This document shows, piece after piece, positions 32,993 through 42,223 of a stretch of DNA of 64,000 nt; positions within the stretch are counted from its first letter, which is position 1; each line of letters starts with the position of its first letter. Under the pieces are notes generated by a model. That model had not been told where the DNA came from and made no database searches. It saw nothing but the letters and a program-made list of their open reading frames with translations. The stretch lies in contig OY970300.1 of the NCBI GenBank assembly GCA_963716245.1, forward strand, positions 913,152 through 977,151. The letters are read 5' to 3'. The stretch comes from an uncultured Solirubrobacterales bacterium. Its GTDB lineage: Bacteria; Actinomycetota; Thermoleophilia; Solirubrobacterales; 70-9. The position numbers were made by a program, and so were the translations under genes.

Positions 32993-34345
32993 GTGGACCG
33001 CAGAGCGGAGAACGGGCAGGCGCTGATCCTCGCGATCGGCGGGGCCTTCGCGCTGATCGCGGCGGCGCTGGCGCTCGTCGCGATCGCCGGTGCGGTGACG
33101 GGCAAGGGGAGGGCGCAGCGGGCGGTCGACCTCGCCGCGATCTCGGCGGCGCGCTCGATGCGGGACGATCTCCCGCGCCTGCTCTCGCCGCCCCGGCTGC
33201 CGAACGGCATGCCGAATCCGCGCCACCTGGGCAAGCCCGAGTACCTCCGGCATGCCCGCTCGACCGCGGCGGAGATCGCCGAGGCCAACGGGGCCGATCG
33301 GCAGCTCCTGCGCATCGCGTTCCCGGACGCCCGCTCGTTCGCGCCGCTGAGGGTGAAAGTCGGGCTCGCGGCCGACCTCGCAAGTGCGCCCGGCGGGGCG
33401 GAGGTCGAGGTCTCGGCCGAAGCGGAAGCGGCGGCGCCGTCGAGCGGGTCTACGGCGCCGTCGATGATGGCGACGGGCGGGGGGTACGGCGGTCCGCTGG
33501 TCCATCGGCAGGGGGAGGGGATGCGCCCGGACGTTGCAGCGGCGTTCGACCGGATGGCGGCCGCCGCCTCGCGCGACGGGATCGCTCTGATCGTCAGCTC
33601 GGGCTTCCGCTCCGACGCCGAGCAGGCGGCGCTGTTCGCCGCCAATCCGGACCCCCGCTGGGTCGCACCGCCCGGCAAGTCGCTGCACCGCTGCGCGACC
33701 GAGCTCGATCTCGGCCCCGAGTCGGCGTACGGCTGGCTGGCGGCCAACGCCGACCGCTTCGGCTTCGTCCAGCGCTACTCGTGGGAGGCATGGCATTACG
33801 GCTTCGCGGCCGGCCCGCCGCCGTGCTCGGCGGCGGGCGAGGCAGTCGCGACGGGTGGATCGCTCACCGGCGCGGGCCCAGACGGAGGCTTCGCCGGCAC
33901 GGGCGGCCTGCCCGCGTTCGTGCCCTCTCGATTTCGCGGGCCGCTCCTCAGCGCTGCGGCGCGATGGAACGTCTCGGCGGCTCTGCTGGCTGCACAGCTG
34001 ATGGCGGAGTCGAACTTCAACCCCTATGCGGTCTCCCCGGCCGGCGCTCAGGGCATCGCGCAGTTCATTCCCTCCACCGCAGCCGCCTACGGCCTCGACG
34101 ATCCATTCGATCCCGATGCCGCCATCGATGCCCAGGCCCATCTGATGTCGGACCTGTTGCGGCAGTTCGGCGGCTCTCCGCAGCTCGCCCTCGCCGCATA
34201 CAACGCCGGCCCCGGCGCCGTCGAAGCGTGCGACTGCGTCCCCTCCTACCCGGAGACCCAGGCGTACGTGACCCGCATCCTCGCCCTGCTCGGAGGCGCC
34301 GGCGCTTTGGCCGCTCCGGCCTTCGAAGTGAGGTTGATCGCCTAG
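32993..34345 (+). CDS. Fusion protein: TadE/G-like N-terminal anchor + M15B (VanY-type) peptidase + SLT lytic transglycosylase
   Basis: Tad-type N-terminus (GQALILAIGGAFALIAAALALVAIAG...RAQRAVDLAAISAA). VanY motifs (SLHRCATELD, EAWHYG) fall at about nt 33485-33808. SLT motifs (AESNFNP, GIAQFIPSTA, AYNAGPG) fall at about nt 33920-34282. Confidence 0.8.
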   Translation: MDRRAENGQALILAIGGAFALIAAALALVAIAGAVTGKGRAQRAVDLAAISAARSMRDDLPRLLSPPRLPNGMPNPRHLGKPEYLRHARSTAAEIAEANGADRQLLRIAFPDARSFAPLRVKVGLAADLASAPGGAEVEVSAEAEAAAPSSGSTAPSMMATGGGYGGPLVHRQGEGMRPDVAAAFDRMAAAASRDGIALIVSSGFRSDAEQAALFAANPDPRWVAPPGKSLHRCATELDLGPESAYGWLAANADRFGFVQRYSWEAWHYGFAAGPPPCSAAGEAVATGGSLTGAGPDGGFAGTGGLPAFVPSRFRGPLLSAAARWNVSAALLAAQLMAESNFNPYAVSPAGAQGIAQFIPSTAAAYGLDDPFDPDAAIDAQAHLMSDLLRQFGGSPQLALAAYNAGPGAVEACDCVPSYPETQAYVTRILALLGGAGALAAPAFEVRLIA

Positions 34346-34359
34346 CAATGGGCTAAGTT

Positions 34360-34629
34360 ATGTGCATGCGTTTACACATTAACCTGGATGACGACATGGC
34401 CAGGGAGATCGACCAGCTGGCGGGCCCCCGGAACCGCAGCAAATACATCCGCGAGGCCATCGCGGCGAAGGTCGAGGTGGATCGAAGGGTCGCCGCGCGT
34501 CGTCGGTTGTTCGGATCCGTGCCCGACTTCGCGCCCTGGATGACCCCGGAGTGGATAAGCGAAAACCGGAAGCGGGAAGGCCGGGAGCGAGACGAGAAGC
34601 TCGCCAGGCACTGGCGACGCGAGGACTGA
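34360..34629 (+). CDS. Ribbon-helix-helix (CopG-like) antitoxin
   Basis: RLHINLDDDMAREIDQLAGPRNRSKYIREAIAAKV. Confidence 0.8.
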   Translation: MCMRLHINLDDDMAREIDQLAGPRNRSKYIREAIAAKVEVDRRVAARRRLFGSVPDFAPWMTPEWISENRKREGRERDEKLARHWRRED

Positions 34630-34634
34630 GCAAA

Positions 34635-35021
34635 GTGGGCTTGGTGCTCGATACCTCGGTCGTGATCGACCTTCTGCGCGGCTACGTGGCGGACGAGTCG
34701 GTGCTCGACCCGATTCGCGAGCCGATGATGATCTCGACCATCACGACTCACGAGGTCTTTGTCGGCTTACGCGACGGGGAGAGCGATCTGACCGGGGCGG
34801 TGCTCGCCAGCTTTGCCGTCGTTCCGTTTGGTGTCGCAGAGGCAGAGCTGAGTGCGCGCTGGCGCAGGGAATATCGCGCTCAGGGCATCACGTTGAAGTT
34901 CGAGGACACTGCGATTGCGGCCACTGCTGCCATCCGCAACGTTCCCCTTGCCACCGGCAACCTCAAGGACTTCCCGATGCCGGAGCTGCGCGTCGAGCGG
35001 TGGCCACCACCGCCCGTCTAG
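34635..35021 (+). CDS. vapC: PIN-domain toxin (VapC family)
   Basis: LVLDTSVVIDLL, TTHEV, EDTAIAATAAIRNVPLATGNLKDF. GTG lies 6 nt after the antitoxin stop. Confidence 0.85.
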   Translation: MGLVLDTSVVIDLLRGYVADESVLDPIREPMMISTITTHEVFVGLRDGESDLTGAVLASFAVVPFGVAEAELSARWRREYRAQGITLKFEDTAIAATAAIRNVPLATGNLKDFPMPELRVERWPPPPV

Positions 35022-35032
35022 ACTGCCGCGCG

Positions 35033-35506
35033 ATGACCACCGTCGAGATCCAGGGCGTAGAGGGGATGCGGTCACTGATCGGCCAGGAGATCGGGCCGAG
35101 CGAGTGGCGGACCGTGACCCAGGACGACATCGACACGTTCGCCCGCATCTCCGGCGACGACCAGTGGATCCACGTCGATCCCGAGCGGGCCAGGAGCGAG
35201 AGCCCGTTCGGAACCACGATCGCCCACGGCAATCTGACCCTCTCGCTGGTCGACGGCTTCCGCAAGGAGCTGATCTCCTCCAGCGGCTTCGCCCTCGGCG
35301 TCAACTACGGCTGGAACAAGATCCGCTTCCCCGCTCCCGTTCCGGTCGATTCCCGCGTCCGCGGAAGGGCCGAGGTCGTCTCCGTGGACGAGGTCGGCGA
35401 CGGCTGGCACCAAGTAGTCACCCGCTTCACCCTCGAGGTCGAGGGCTCCGAGAAGCCGTGCTTCGTGGGCGACTCGGTCACGCGGGTAATGGCGCCCGCC
35501 GGCTGA
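35033..35506 (+). CDS. MaoC-like (R)-specific enoyl-CoA hydratase / hot-dog fold dehydratase
   Basis: FARISGDDQWIHVDPERA...GTTIAHGNLTLSL. Confidence 0.85.
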   Translation: MTTVEIQGVEGMRSLIGQEIGPSEWRTVTQDDIDTFARISGDDQWIHVDPERARSESPFGTTIAHGNLTLSLVDGFRKELISSSGFALGVNYGWNKIRFPAPVPVDSRVRGRAEVVSVDEVGDGWHQVVTRFTLEVEGSEKPCFVGDSVTRVMAPAG

Positions 35507-35556
35507 ACCCACCAGGCGACCGGCGGTGTCGGTGAGGTGGCCCTAGCATCGCTCTC

Positions 35557-36102
35557 GTGCCGTCATCGGGCAGCGCCCCCGTCCTGATCCTCACCGGCCC
35601 GCCGGGGGTGGGGAAGACGACGGTGGCGGAGATCCTGGCCGAGCGCTCGCCCCGTGCCGTTCATCTGGAAGCGGACGTCTTCTTCAGGTTCATCCACTCG
35701 GGCTACGTCGAGCCGTGGAAGGTCGAGTCGCATGAGCAGAACCGAACCGTGATGCGGATCGTCGGGGAGGCGGCGATCGGGTATGCGGCGGCCGGCTACT
35801 TCACCATCGTCGACGGGATCGTCATCCCGGGGTGGTTCCTTGCCCCACTGCGCGACTCCATATGGGAGGCGGGGCAGGAGGTCGCATTGGCGGTGCTCCG
35901 GGCGCCGTGCTCCACCTGCGTTGAGCGGGTTCGCGCCCGGGACGGAGTGCCGCTTGCCGATTCGGCGATCGAGCAGCTGTGGCGGAGCTTCGCCGACCTC
36001 GGTGAGCTGGAGCCGAACGCGATCGATGCCGGAGATGCGACGCCTGAGCAGATCGCCGATGTCCTCGCGGCGAAGCTGGGGGCAGGGCGCCTGAAGCTCT
36101 GA
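35557..36102 (+). CDS. P-loop kinase-like ATPase (AAA_33 / small-molecule kinase-like)
   Basis: Walker A LTGPPGVGKTT near the N-terminus, about 180 aa. Specificity unknown. Confidence 0.7.
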   Translation: MPSSGSAPVLILTGPPGVGKTTVAEILAERSPRAVHLEADVFFRFIHSGYVEPWKVESHEQNRTVMRIVGEAAIGYAAAGYFTIVDGIVIPGWFLAPLRDSIWEAGQEVALAVLRAPCSTCVERVRARDGVPLADSAIEQLWRSFADLGELEPNAIDAGDATPEQIADVLAAKLGAGRLKL

Positions 36103-36122
36103 GTTCCTATCGGCGGAGGGCG

Positions 36123-36149
36123 GGCACCCGCCGTGGCCGGCGGGGTGCC
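36123..36149. terminator. Bidirectional hairpin between convergent genes
   Basis: GGCACCCGCCG-tggc-CGGCG(G)GGTGCC, an 11-bp stem with one bulge. Confidence 0.5.
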
Positions 36150-36162
36150 ACGCCGCTCGCGG

Positions 36163-36597
36163 CTATTCGACGGTGAGCGTCCCTTCCATGCCGCCTTCGC
36201 GGTGGCCGGGCACGGAGCAGAAGAAGACGTATTTGCCGGGTTTCAGGTCTTTGATCGTGGCGGTGTCGGAGCCGTCGGTGATCACTTCGGTGTCGGCGAT
36301 GACTTTGCCGCTCTCGTCTTCGATGTCGGCGTCGTGGCCGATCGGCTGGGGGTTGGTGAATTCGAGCGTCGCTTCGCCGGCTTTGGCCGTCATCAGGTCG
36401 GACGCGAAGGCGAGCCCGCTGTCCGCGGCCGCGATCTCGATCGTCGAGCTGCCGCCGCCTCCGTCGCCGCTTGCGGCGCCGTTGGTCGCTCCGCCGCCGG
36501 TCTCGGTCGTGGTCGTCGGGTTGTCGTCATCGCCTCCGCAGGCGACGAGCGCGACGGATGCGAGGGCCAGGGCGAGGAAAGCAGCAACCTTCTTCAT
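36163..36597 (-). CDS. Cupredoxin (plastocyanin/azurin-like) lipoprotein
   Basis: Lipobox (LVACGG) and type-1 copper ligands (GHD...FFCSVPGHREGGM). Confidence 0.8.
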   Translation of the reverse strand: MKKVAAFLALALASVALVACGGDDDNPTTTTETGGGATNGAASGDGGGGSSTIEIAAADSGLAFASDLMTAKAGEATLEFTNPQPIGHDADIEDESGKVIADTEVITDGSDTATIKDLKPGKYVFFCSVPGHREGGMEGTLTVE

Positions 36598-36645
36598 CTG
36601 GAGATCCTTTCGGTGGGAGGCCGGGACTCGAAGGGAATGTAACGC

Positions 36646-37470
36646 TCAGCGACCCTCGAAAACGGGCTCCTCGCCACCGAAGAAGGCGGTGACGCCGTTG
36701 CGCAGGTCCTCGGTCGCCATGCTGTCGGCGATGCCGTGTCGCTCCAGCTGCAGGTGCTCGGCGATGCCGTTCTCGATGCTCTGGCCGCAGAGCAGTTTCG
36801 CCATCCGCACGTAGTGAGGCGCCTTCGCGGCCAGCTTCTCGGCCTTGGCGCGGGCGCGGTCGAGCAGCTCGTCGGGCGCGACGACCTCGGCGACGATCTT
36901 TTCCGCCAGCGCGCTCTCGGCGTTCATGTTCGGGTCGTTGAGGAGGATCTCCAGCGCCCGGCTCGGCCCGACCACCCGCGGCAGGAAGTAGGTCATGCCG
37001 CCGTCGGGAGAGGCGCCGATCCGCCCGTAGGCGGGGGCGAAGAAGGCGGCCTCGGAGGCGATCCGCGTGTCGCAGGCGAGCGCCAGCGAGAAGCCGGCCC
37101 CGGCCGCCGGTCCGTTGACGGCGGCGATCACGGGGTAGGGAATGCGACGCAGGTCGATGATCGCCTGGTGGAGCACCTCGGCGCCGCGGCGCACCTGCGA
37201 GGGCAGGTCGACCGACTCGTCCTCGACCCCGCCCTTGAACCAGTTGACGTCGCCACCCGCGCAGAACGCCTTGCCCGCGCCGGTCACGATCAGCGCGCGC
37301 AGCGGCGCCAAGTCGGCGAGCCAGGCAAAGGCGACGGTCAGCTCGCCGATCATCTCGGGGCTCATCGCGTTGAACGCGTCGGGCCGGTCGAGGGTCAGCG
37401 TTCCGATCCGGCCGTCGACCTCGATTCGCAGCGTGTTCAGCTCTGGCGGGTTCAAGGTCTCGGTGGGCAT
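36646..37470 (-). CDS. Enoyl-CoA hydratase/isomerase (crotonase) family protein
   Basis: Crotonase motifs (FCAGGDV, AAVNGPAAGAGFSLALACD). The ATG at 37470 is preceded by AGGAG. Confidence 0.9.
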   Translation of the reverse strand: MPTETLNPPELNTLRIEVDGRIGTLTLDRPDAFNAMSPEMIGELTVAFAWLADLAPLRALIVTGAGKAFCAGGDVNWFKGGVEDESVDLPSQVRRGAEVLHQAIIDLRRIPYPVIAAVNGPAAGAGFSLALACDTRIASEAAFFAPAYGRIGASPDGGMTYFLPRVVGPSRALEILLNDPNMNAESALAEKIVAEVVAPDELLDRARAKAEKLAAKAPHYVRMAKLLCGQSIENGIAEHLQLERHGIADSMATEDLRNGVTAFFGGEEPVFEGR

Positions 37471-37534
37471 CTGGCTCCTCATCTCGCTCTCAGGCAGCAG
37501 TTGGCCGGGTGGCCAGGAGCCTACCCTGTGACCG

Positions 37535-39412
37535 ATGAGCGATAGGACCGACAAGCGCAGCCGCGAGGAGCGGATCGCCGAGCAGCGCCGCGACCTCCCC
37601 GACTCCGCCGGCGTCTACCTGTTCTACGACAGGGCTGGCGACCTGCTCTACGTCGGCAAGGCCCGCTCGATTCGCAAGCGGATCTCCTCGCACTTCTCGG
37701 GCGGTGAGCCGCGGCTCACCGCCCGGATCGAGCGGATCGACTTCCTCGTCACCGCCAACGAGGCCGAGGCGCTGCTCGCCGAGCAGAGCTTCATCAAGCG
37801 CCATAGGCCGCGCTTCAACATCCGCCTGCGCGACGACAAGTCCTATCCCTATGTCTGCGTCAGCCTGGACGAGGAGTACCCGCGGGTCTACTTCACCCGC
37901 GAGAAGCACCGCTCCGGCCGTGCCTACTTCGGGCCGTTCTCCAGCGCCAAGCGGGTGCGCGAGACGCTCGACCTGCTCGGCAAGCTGTTCCAGTTCCGCA
38001 CCTGTGAGGGGAGGGAGCCCGGCCGCCGCTCCGGCAGCCCCTGCCTCGACTACTTCATCAAGCGCTGCGGGGCGCCCTGCGTCGGCTACGTCAGCCGGGA
38101 CGAGTACCGGCGGAACGTCGACGCGATCGTAGACTTCCTCTCCGGCCGCTACCGGCAGATCGAGGCCGACGAGCGGGCCAAGATGGAGGCTGCGGCGGCC
38201 GCGCACGAGTTCGAGCGGGCCGCCCTGCACCGCGACCGCCTCAAGGCGATCCAGTCGCTGTTCGAGCGCCAGCAGGTGGCGGGCGGCTCGGTCGGCGCGA
38301 TCGACCTGATCGGCGTCGCGGTCGAGGCGACCGACGCCAACGCCCAGGTCTTCCAGGTCCGCGACGGCATCCTCGCCGAGCGGCAGAGCTTCTACCTGGA
38401 CAACCAGGCCGAGCGCGAGCCCGCCGAGGTCGCAGAGGAGTTCATCGGCCAGTACTACTCGGCCTCTCCGGCGGTGCCGAAGACGATCGTCGTCGGCCCC
38501 TACCTCGCCGAGCGCGCCGGGCTGCTGGCGGAGGCGCTGAGCGAGCGGCGCGGCGCCCCGGTCGAGGTCCGGGTCGCCGAGCGTGGCGACAAGCGCCGCC
38601 TGCGCGAGCTGGCCGAGCGCAACGCGAAGCTCGCGCTCGACCAGGACCGGCTGCGGCGCGAGCACCGCCGCCAGCGACGGGTCGACGCGCTGGCCGACCT
38701 GCGCGAGTCACTGGGGATGGACGAGCTGCCGGTCCGCATCGAGGGCTTCGACATCTCGAACATCGGCGGCGAGCACACCGTCGCCTCGATGGTCGTCTTC
38801 GAGGGCGGCGCGACGAAGAAGTCCGACTACCGGCGCTTCAAGGTGCGCGGCGCGCGCGAAAACGGGTCCGACGACTTCGCTTCGATGGAGGAGGTGCTGG
38901 GCCGGCGGGTGGACCGCTATCTCGAACAGGTCGATCTCTCTCCGCACGACGGCAAGCGCGACGAGAGCTTCGCCTCGCTGCCCTCGCTGGTCGTGATCGA
39001 CGGCGGCAAGGGCCAGCTGGCGGCCGGGATGCGGGTGCTGCGGCCGCTGGTCGAGCGCGGCACGACGGTCGTCTCGCTCGCCAAGCGCGTGGAGGAGGTC
39101 TACGTGCCGGGTAGGCCACGCCCGCTCGACCTCGCCGCCACCTCCGAGGCCTCGAAGCTGCTGCAGCGGGTTCGCGACGAGGCGCACCGCTTCGCGATCG
39201 ACCACCATCGCGGCCGCCGCGACCGGGCGATGACCGGCTCTGTGCTCGACGGGCTGCCCGGCGTCGGCCCGGTGCGCAAGCGGGCCCTGCTGCGGCACTT
39301 CGGCTCGCCGGAGCGCTTCCTGGCCGCGACGCGCGAGGAGCTGGAGGCGGTCCCGGGCGTGCCCGGCAAGCTCGCCCGCGAGATCCACGAACAGCTGCAC
39401 AGGATCGGCTGA
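37535..39412 (+). CDS. uvrC: Excinuclease ABC subunit C
   Basis: GIY-YIG (GVYLFYD...LYVGKA), UVR domain, endonuclease V-like domain and C-terminal (HhH)2. Confidence 0.96.
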   Translation: MSDRTDKRSREERIAEQRRDLPDSAGVYLFYDRAGDLLYVGKARSIRKRISSHFSGGEPRLTARIERIDFLVTANEAEALLAEQSFIKRHRPRFNIRLRDDKSYPYVCVSLDEEYPRVYFTREKHRSGRAYFGPFSSAKRVRETLDLLGKLFQFRTCEGREPGRRSGSPCLDYFIKRCGAPCVGYVSRDEYRRNVDAIVDFLSGRYRQIEADERAKMEAAAAAHEFERAALHRDRLKAIQSLFERQQVAGGSVGAIDLIGVAVEATDANAQVFQVRDGILAERQSFYLDNQAEREPAEVAEEFIGQYYSASPAVPKTIVVGPYLAERAGLLAEALSERRGAPVEVRVAERGDKRRLRELAERNAKLALDQDRLRREHRRQRRVDALADLRESLGMDELPVRIEGFDISNIGGEHTVASMVVFEGGATKKSDYRRFKVRGARENGSDDFASMEEVLGRRVDRYLEQVDLSPHDGKRDESFASLPSLVVIDGGKGQLAAGMRVLRPLVERGTTVVSLAKRVEEVYVPGRPRPLDLAATSEASKLLQRVRDEAHRFAIDHHRGRRDRAMTGSVLDGLPGVGPVRKRALLRHFGSPERFLAATREELEAVPGVPGKLAREIHEQLHRIG

Positions 39413-39414
39413 CG

Positions 39415-40296
39415 ATGGCGGACGGCAAGGGCCCCAAGAGCGTCGACCTGATCGTGATCACCGGCCACTCGGGGGCCGGCAAGTCGGAGGCGATCGCGGC
39501 CTTCGAGGACGGCGGCTACTTCTGCGTCGACAATCTGCCGCCGCGGATGATCGGCGGCCTCGGCGAGCTATTCCGCCACGAGGGCAGCGGCGTCGAGCGG
39601 GCCGCGATCGTCTCCGACGTGCGCGGCGGCGAGTACTTCGACGACCTCGTCCAAGTCCTGGAGGACCTGGAGACCGACGGGCTGAAGCCGAAGCTGCTCT
39701 TCCTCGAGGCCGACGAGGAGACCCTGCTCGACCGCTACAAGGAGACCCGCCGGCGTCACCCGCTCGCCCCGGAGGGCCGGATCGTCGACGGGATCCGCGC
39801 CGAGCGCGAGCTGCTCTCGCCCCTGCGCGCCCGGGCCGACGTGGTGATGGACACGAGCGGCCTGACCGGCGGCCTGCTGCGGCGGCGGATCGCCGAGGAG
39901 ATGCTCGGCAGCCACGACGGCGGCAAGCTCGCGCTGACCCTGCTCACCTTCGGCTTCAAGAACGGGCCGCCACGCGACGCCGACCTCACCCTCGACGTCC
40001 GCTTCCTGCCCAACCCCCACTACGTCGACGAGCTGCGCCCGCAGACCGGGCTGGACGAGCCGGTCCGCGAGTACGTCGAGTCGGGGACGCAGGCGGGCGA
40101 GTTCTACGGCCGCCTGCTGCCGCTCCTGGAGTTCCTGGTGCCCGCCTACGTCGCCGAGGGCAAGAGCCACCTGACGATCGCCGTCGGCTGCACCGGCGGG
40201 CGGCATCGCTCCGTCACCGTCGCCGACCGGATCCGCCGCGCGCTCGACGGACGCGAGGGCGTGATCGTCCGGGTGAAGCACCGCGACGCCGAATGA
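39415..40296 (+). CDS. rapZ: RNase adapter protein RapZ (YvcJ)
   Basis: ITGHSGAGKSEA...FCVDNLPP...RFLPNPHY...IAVGCTGGRHRSV. Confidence 0.95.
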   Translation: MADGKGPKSVDLIVITGHSGAGKSEAIAAFEDGGYFCVDNLPPRMIGGLGELFRHEGSGVERAAIVSDVRGGEYFDDLVQVLEDLETDGLKPKLLFLEADEETLLDRYKETRRRHPLAPEGRIVDGIRAERELLSPLRARADVVMDTSGLTGGLLRRRIAEEMLGSHDGGKLALTLLTFGFKNGPPRDADLTLDVRFLPNPHYVDELRPQTGLDEPVREYVESGTQAGEFYGRLLPLLEFLVPAYVAEGKSHLTIAVGCTGGRHRSVTVADRIRRALDGREGVIVRVKHRDAE

Positions 40297-40375
40297 CGGT
40301 CCCAGGCGCCGCCATACGGCGTCCTCGGTCGATCTCCTCGGGTCACGCACGAAAGTGCGCTCCCCTCGTCGCCCT

Positions 40376-40413
40376 CCCTGTGTCCTCGTCTGGCGACGCC
40401 TGGCCCTCGTCAT
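40376..40413 (+). repeat. Copy 2 of the recurrent 5' motif
   Basis: CCCTGTGTCCTCGTCTGGCGACGCCTGGCCCTCGTCAT; 32 of 39 positions identical (ungapped) to the copy at 45587-45625. It lies 27 nt upstream of the ABC ATPase GTG. Confidence 0.5.
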
Positions 40414-40439
40414 TCGAGCGTCCATAGAATCCGCAGGCC

Positions 40440-41354
40440 GTGGCCGAACCCGTTATCTCAGTCCGCGGCCTGCGCAAGAGCTACGACGGCGTCGAGGCGG
40501 TGCGCGGCATCGATCTCGACGTGCACCGGGGCGAGGTCTTCGCCTTCCTCGGCCCCAACGGGGCTGGCAAGACGACCACGGTCGAGATCCTCGAGGGCTA
40601 CCGCAAGCGCGACGCCGGCACCGTCGAGGTGCTCGGCGAGGACCCGGCCCGCGCCGATCGGGAGTGGCGCGAGCGGATCGGCGTCGTCCTGCAGAGCTGC
40701 CGGCTCGACCCCTACCTGACCGTGCGCGAGTCGCTCGAGCTATACGCCGGCTACTACCGCGCGCCGCGGCCGATCGACGAGACGATCGAGCTGGTCGGGC
40801 TCGGCTCCAAGGCCGGCGCGCGGACCGCCGGGCTCTCCGGCGGCCAGCAGCGCCGCCTCGACGTCGGCATGGCGCTGATCGGCGACCCGGAGCTGCTCTT
40901 CCTCGACGAGCCGACGACCGGATTCGACCCCTCGGCCCGCCGCCAGGCGTGGGAGACGATCGCCGGCCTGCGCGAGCTCGGAAAGACCGTCTTCCTGACC
41001 ACCCACTACATGGACGAGGCCCAGCGGCTCGCCGACCGGGTGGCGGTGATCGCCGCCGGCGAGGTGGTCGCCGGCGGGACGCCGGAGGACCTCGGCGACC
41101 GGGGGAGCCGCCCGGCCACGGTCAGCTTCCGGCTGCCCGCAGGCGTCGCCGCCGGTGAGTTGCCGGACGGGTTCGAGCCGGTGGCGGCGAACGGCAGCGG
41201 CACGGTCAGGCTGAGCACCGGCGACCCGGTCGCGATGCTCAACGAGCTGACCGGCTGGGCGCTCGGCCGGGGCCTCGACCTCGAGGGCCTGGAAGTCACC
41301 AGGCCCAGCCTCGAGGACGTCTACCTCTCGCTGATCTCGGAGGAGACGCGATGA
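40440..41354 (+). CDS. ABC transporter ATP-binding protein (DrrA/ABC-2 exporter type)
   Basis: GPNGAGKTT, LSGGQQRR, LFLDEPTTGFD and a C-terminal regulatory domain. Confidence 0.9.
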   Translation: MAEPVISVRGLRKSYDGVEAVRGIDLDVHRGEVFAFLGPNGAGKTTTVEILEGYRKRDAGTVEVLGEDPARADREWRERIGVVLQSCRLDPYLTVRESLELYAGYYRAPRPIDETIELVGLGSKAGARTAGLSGGQQRRLDVGMALIGDPELLFLDEPTTGFDPSARRQAWETIAGLRELGKTVFLTTHYMDEAQRLADRVAVIAAGEVVAGGTPEDLGDRGSRPATVSFRLPAGVAAGELPDGFEPVAANGSGTVRLSTGDPVAMLNELTGWALGRGLDLEGLEVTRPSLEDVYLSLISEETR

Positions 41355-42124
41355 GCGGCCTGGCGCTCGTCGCGCACCAGTTCCGCTACGACCAGAAGAC
41401 CTTCTGGCGCAACCCCGCCTCGGTCTTCTTCACCGTCGCCTTCCCGGTCATCCTGCTGCTGATCTTCGCCACCGTCTTCGGCGACGAGACCGTCGACGTC
41501 TACGGCGGGATCGAGACGACTACCTACTACGTGCCGGCGATCGTGACGCTCTCGGTGATCTCGGCGACGATGCAGTCGCTGGCGATGTCGCTGGTGATCG
41601 CGCGCGAGGACGGCCGCCTCAAGCGCGGCCGCGGCACGCCGATGCCGGCCTGGGTCTTCATCGCCGGCCGGGTCGGCAACTCGGTCGTCGTCGCCATCTT
41701 GATGCTCGTCCTGATCGCCGCGCTCGGCCGGCTCGCCTACGGAGTCGACGTGCCCTGGGAGCGGCTGCCGGCGATCGTGCTGACGATCGTCGTCGGCGCG
41801 GCCGCCTTCTGCTGCCTCGGCATCGCGCTGACCGCGGCGATCCCCTCCCAGGACGCCGCCGCGCCGATCGTCAACGCCCTGCTTCTGCCGCTCTACTTCC
41901 TCTCCGGGGTCTTCATCCCCGACGACCAGCTGCCCAGCGGCGTGATCCACTTCGCCGACGCCTTCCCGGTGCGGCACTTCTTCGAGGCGCTCTTCGGCGC
42001 CTACGTCCAGGCCGGCGGCGGGTCCTGCTTCGAGTGGGGCAACCTCGCCGTCGTCGCCGCCTGGGGCGTGCTCGGCCTGCTGCTCGCGGTCCGCTACTTT
42101 CGCTGGACGCCGCGCTCCGGCTGA
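41351..42124 (+). CDS. ABC-2 type transporter permease
   Basis: Six TM helices; 4-nt overlap with the ATPase gene. Confidence 0.85.
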   Translation: MSGLALVAHQFRYDQKTFWRNPASVFFTVAFPVILLLIFATVFGDETVDVYGGIETTTYYVPAIVTLSVISATMQSLAMSLVIAREDGRLKRGRGTPMPAWVFIAGRVGNSVVVAILMLVLIAALGRLAYGVDVPWERLPAIVLTIVVGAAAFCCLGIALTAAIPSQDAAAPIVNALLLPLYFLSGVFIPDDQLPSGVIHFADAFPVRHFFEALFGAYVQAGGGSCFEWGNLAVVAAWGVLGLLLAVRYFRWTPRSG

Positions 42125-42223
42125 CGCGGCTCACGTTTGACATCCCTGAGCTGTTCAACGTAGACCTCGTTTGGTGGATCGGCCGACCCGGCGCCCGGGC
42201 GCCCATATAGCCTCCCCAGCCCG

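Noticed and set aside
40440-42124. The ABC ATPase and permease as the missing ccmA/ccmB
   Set aside because: The ATPase is 304 aa with a DrrA-type C-terminal domain, and the permease is ABC-2 type. The pair lies 13 kb from the ccm genes, between rapZ and gap. Nothing specific to CcmAB was seen.
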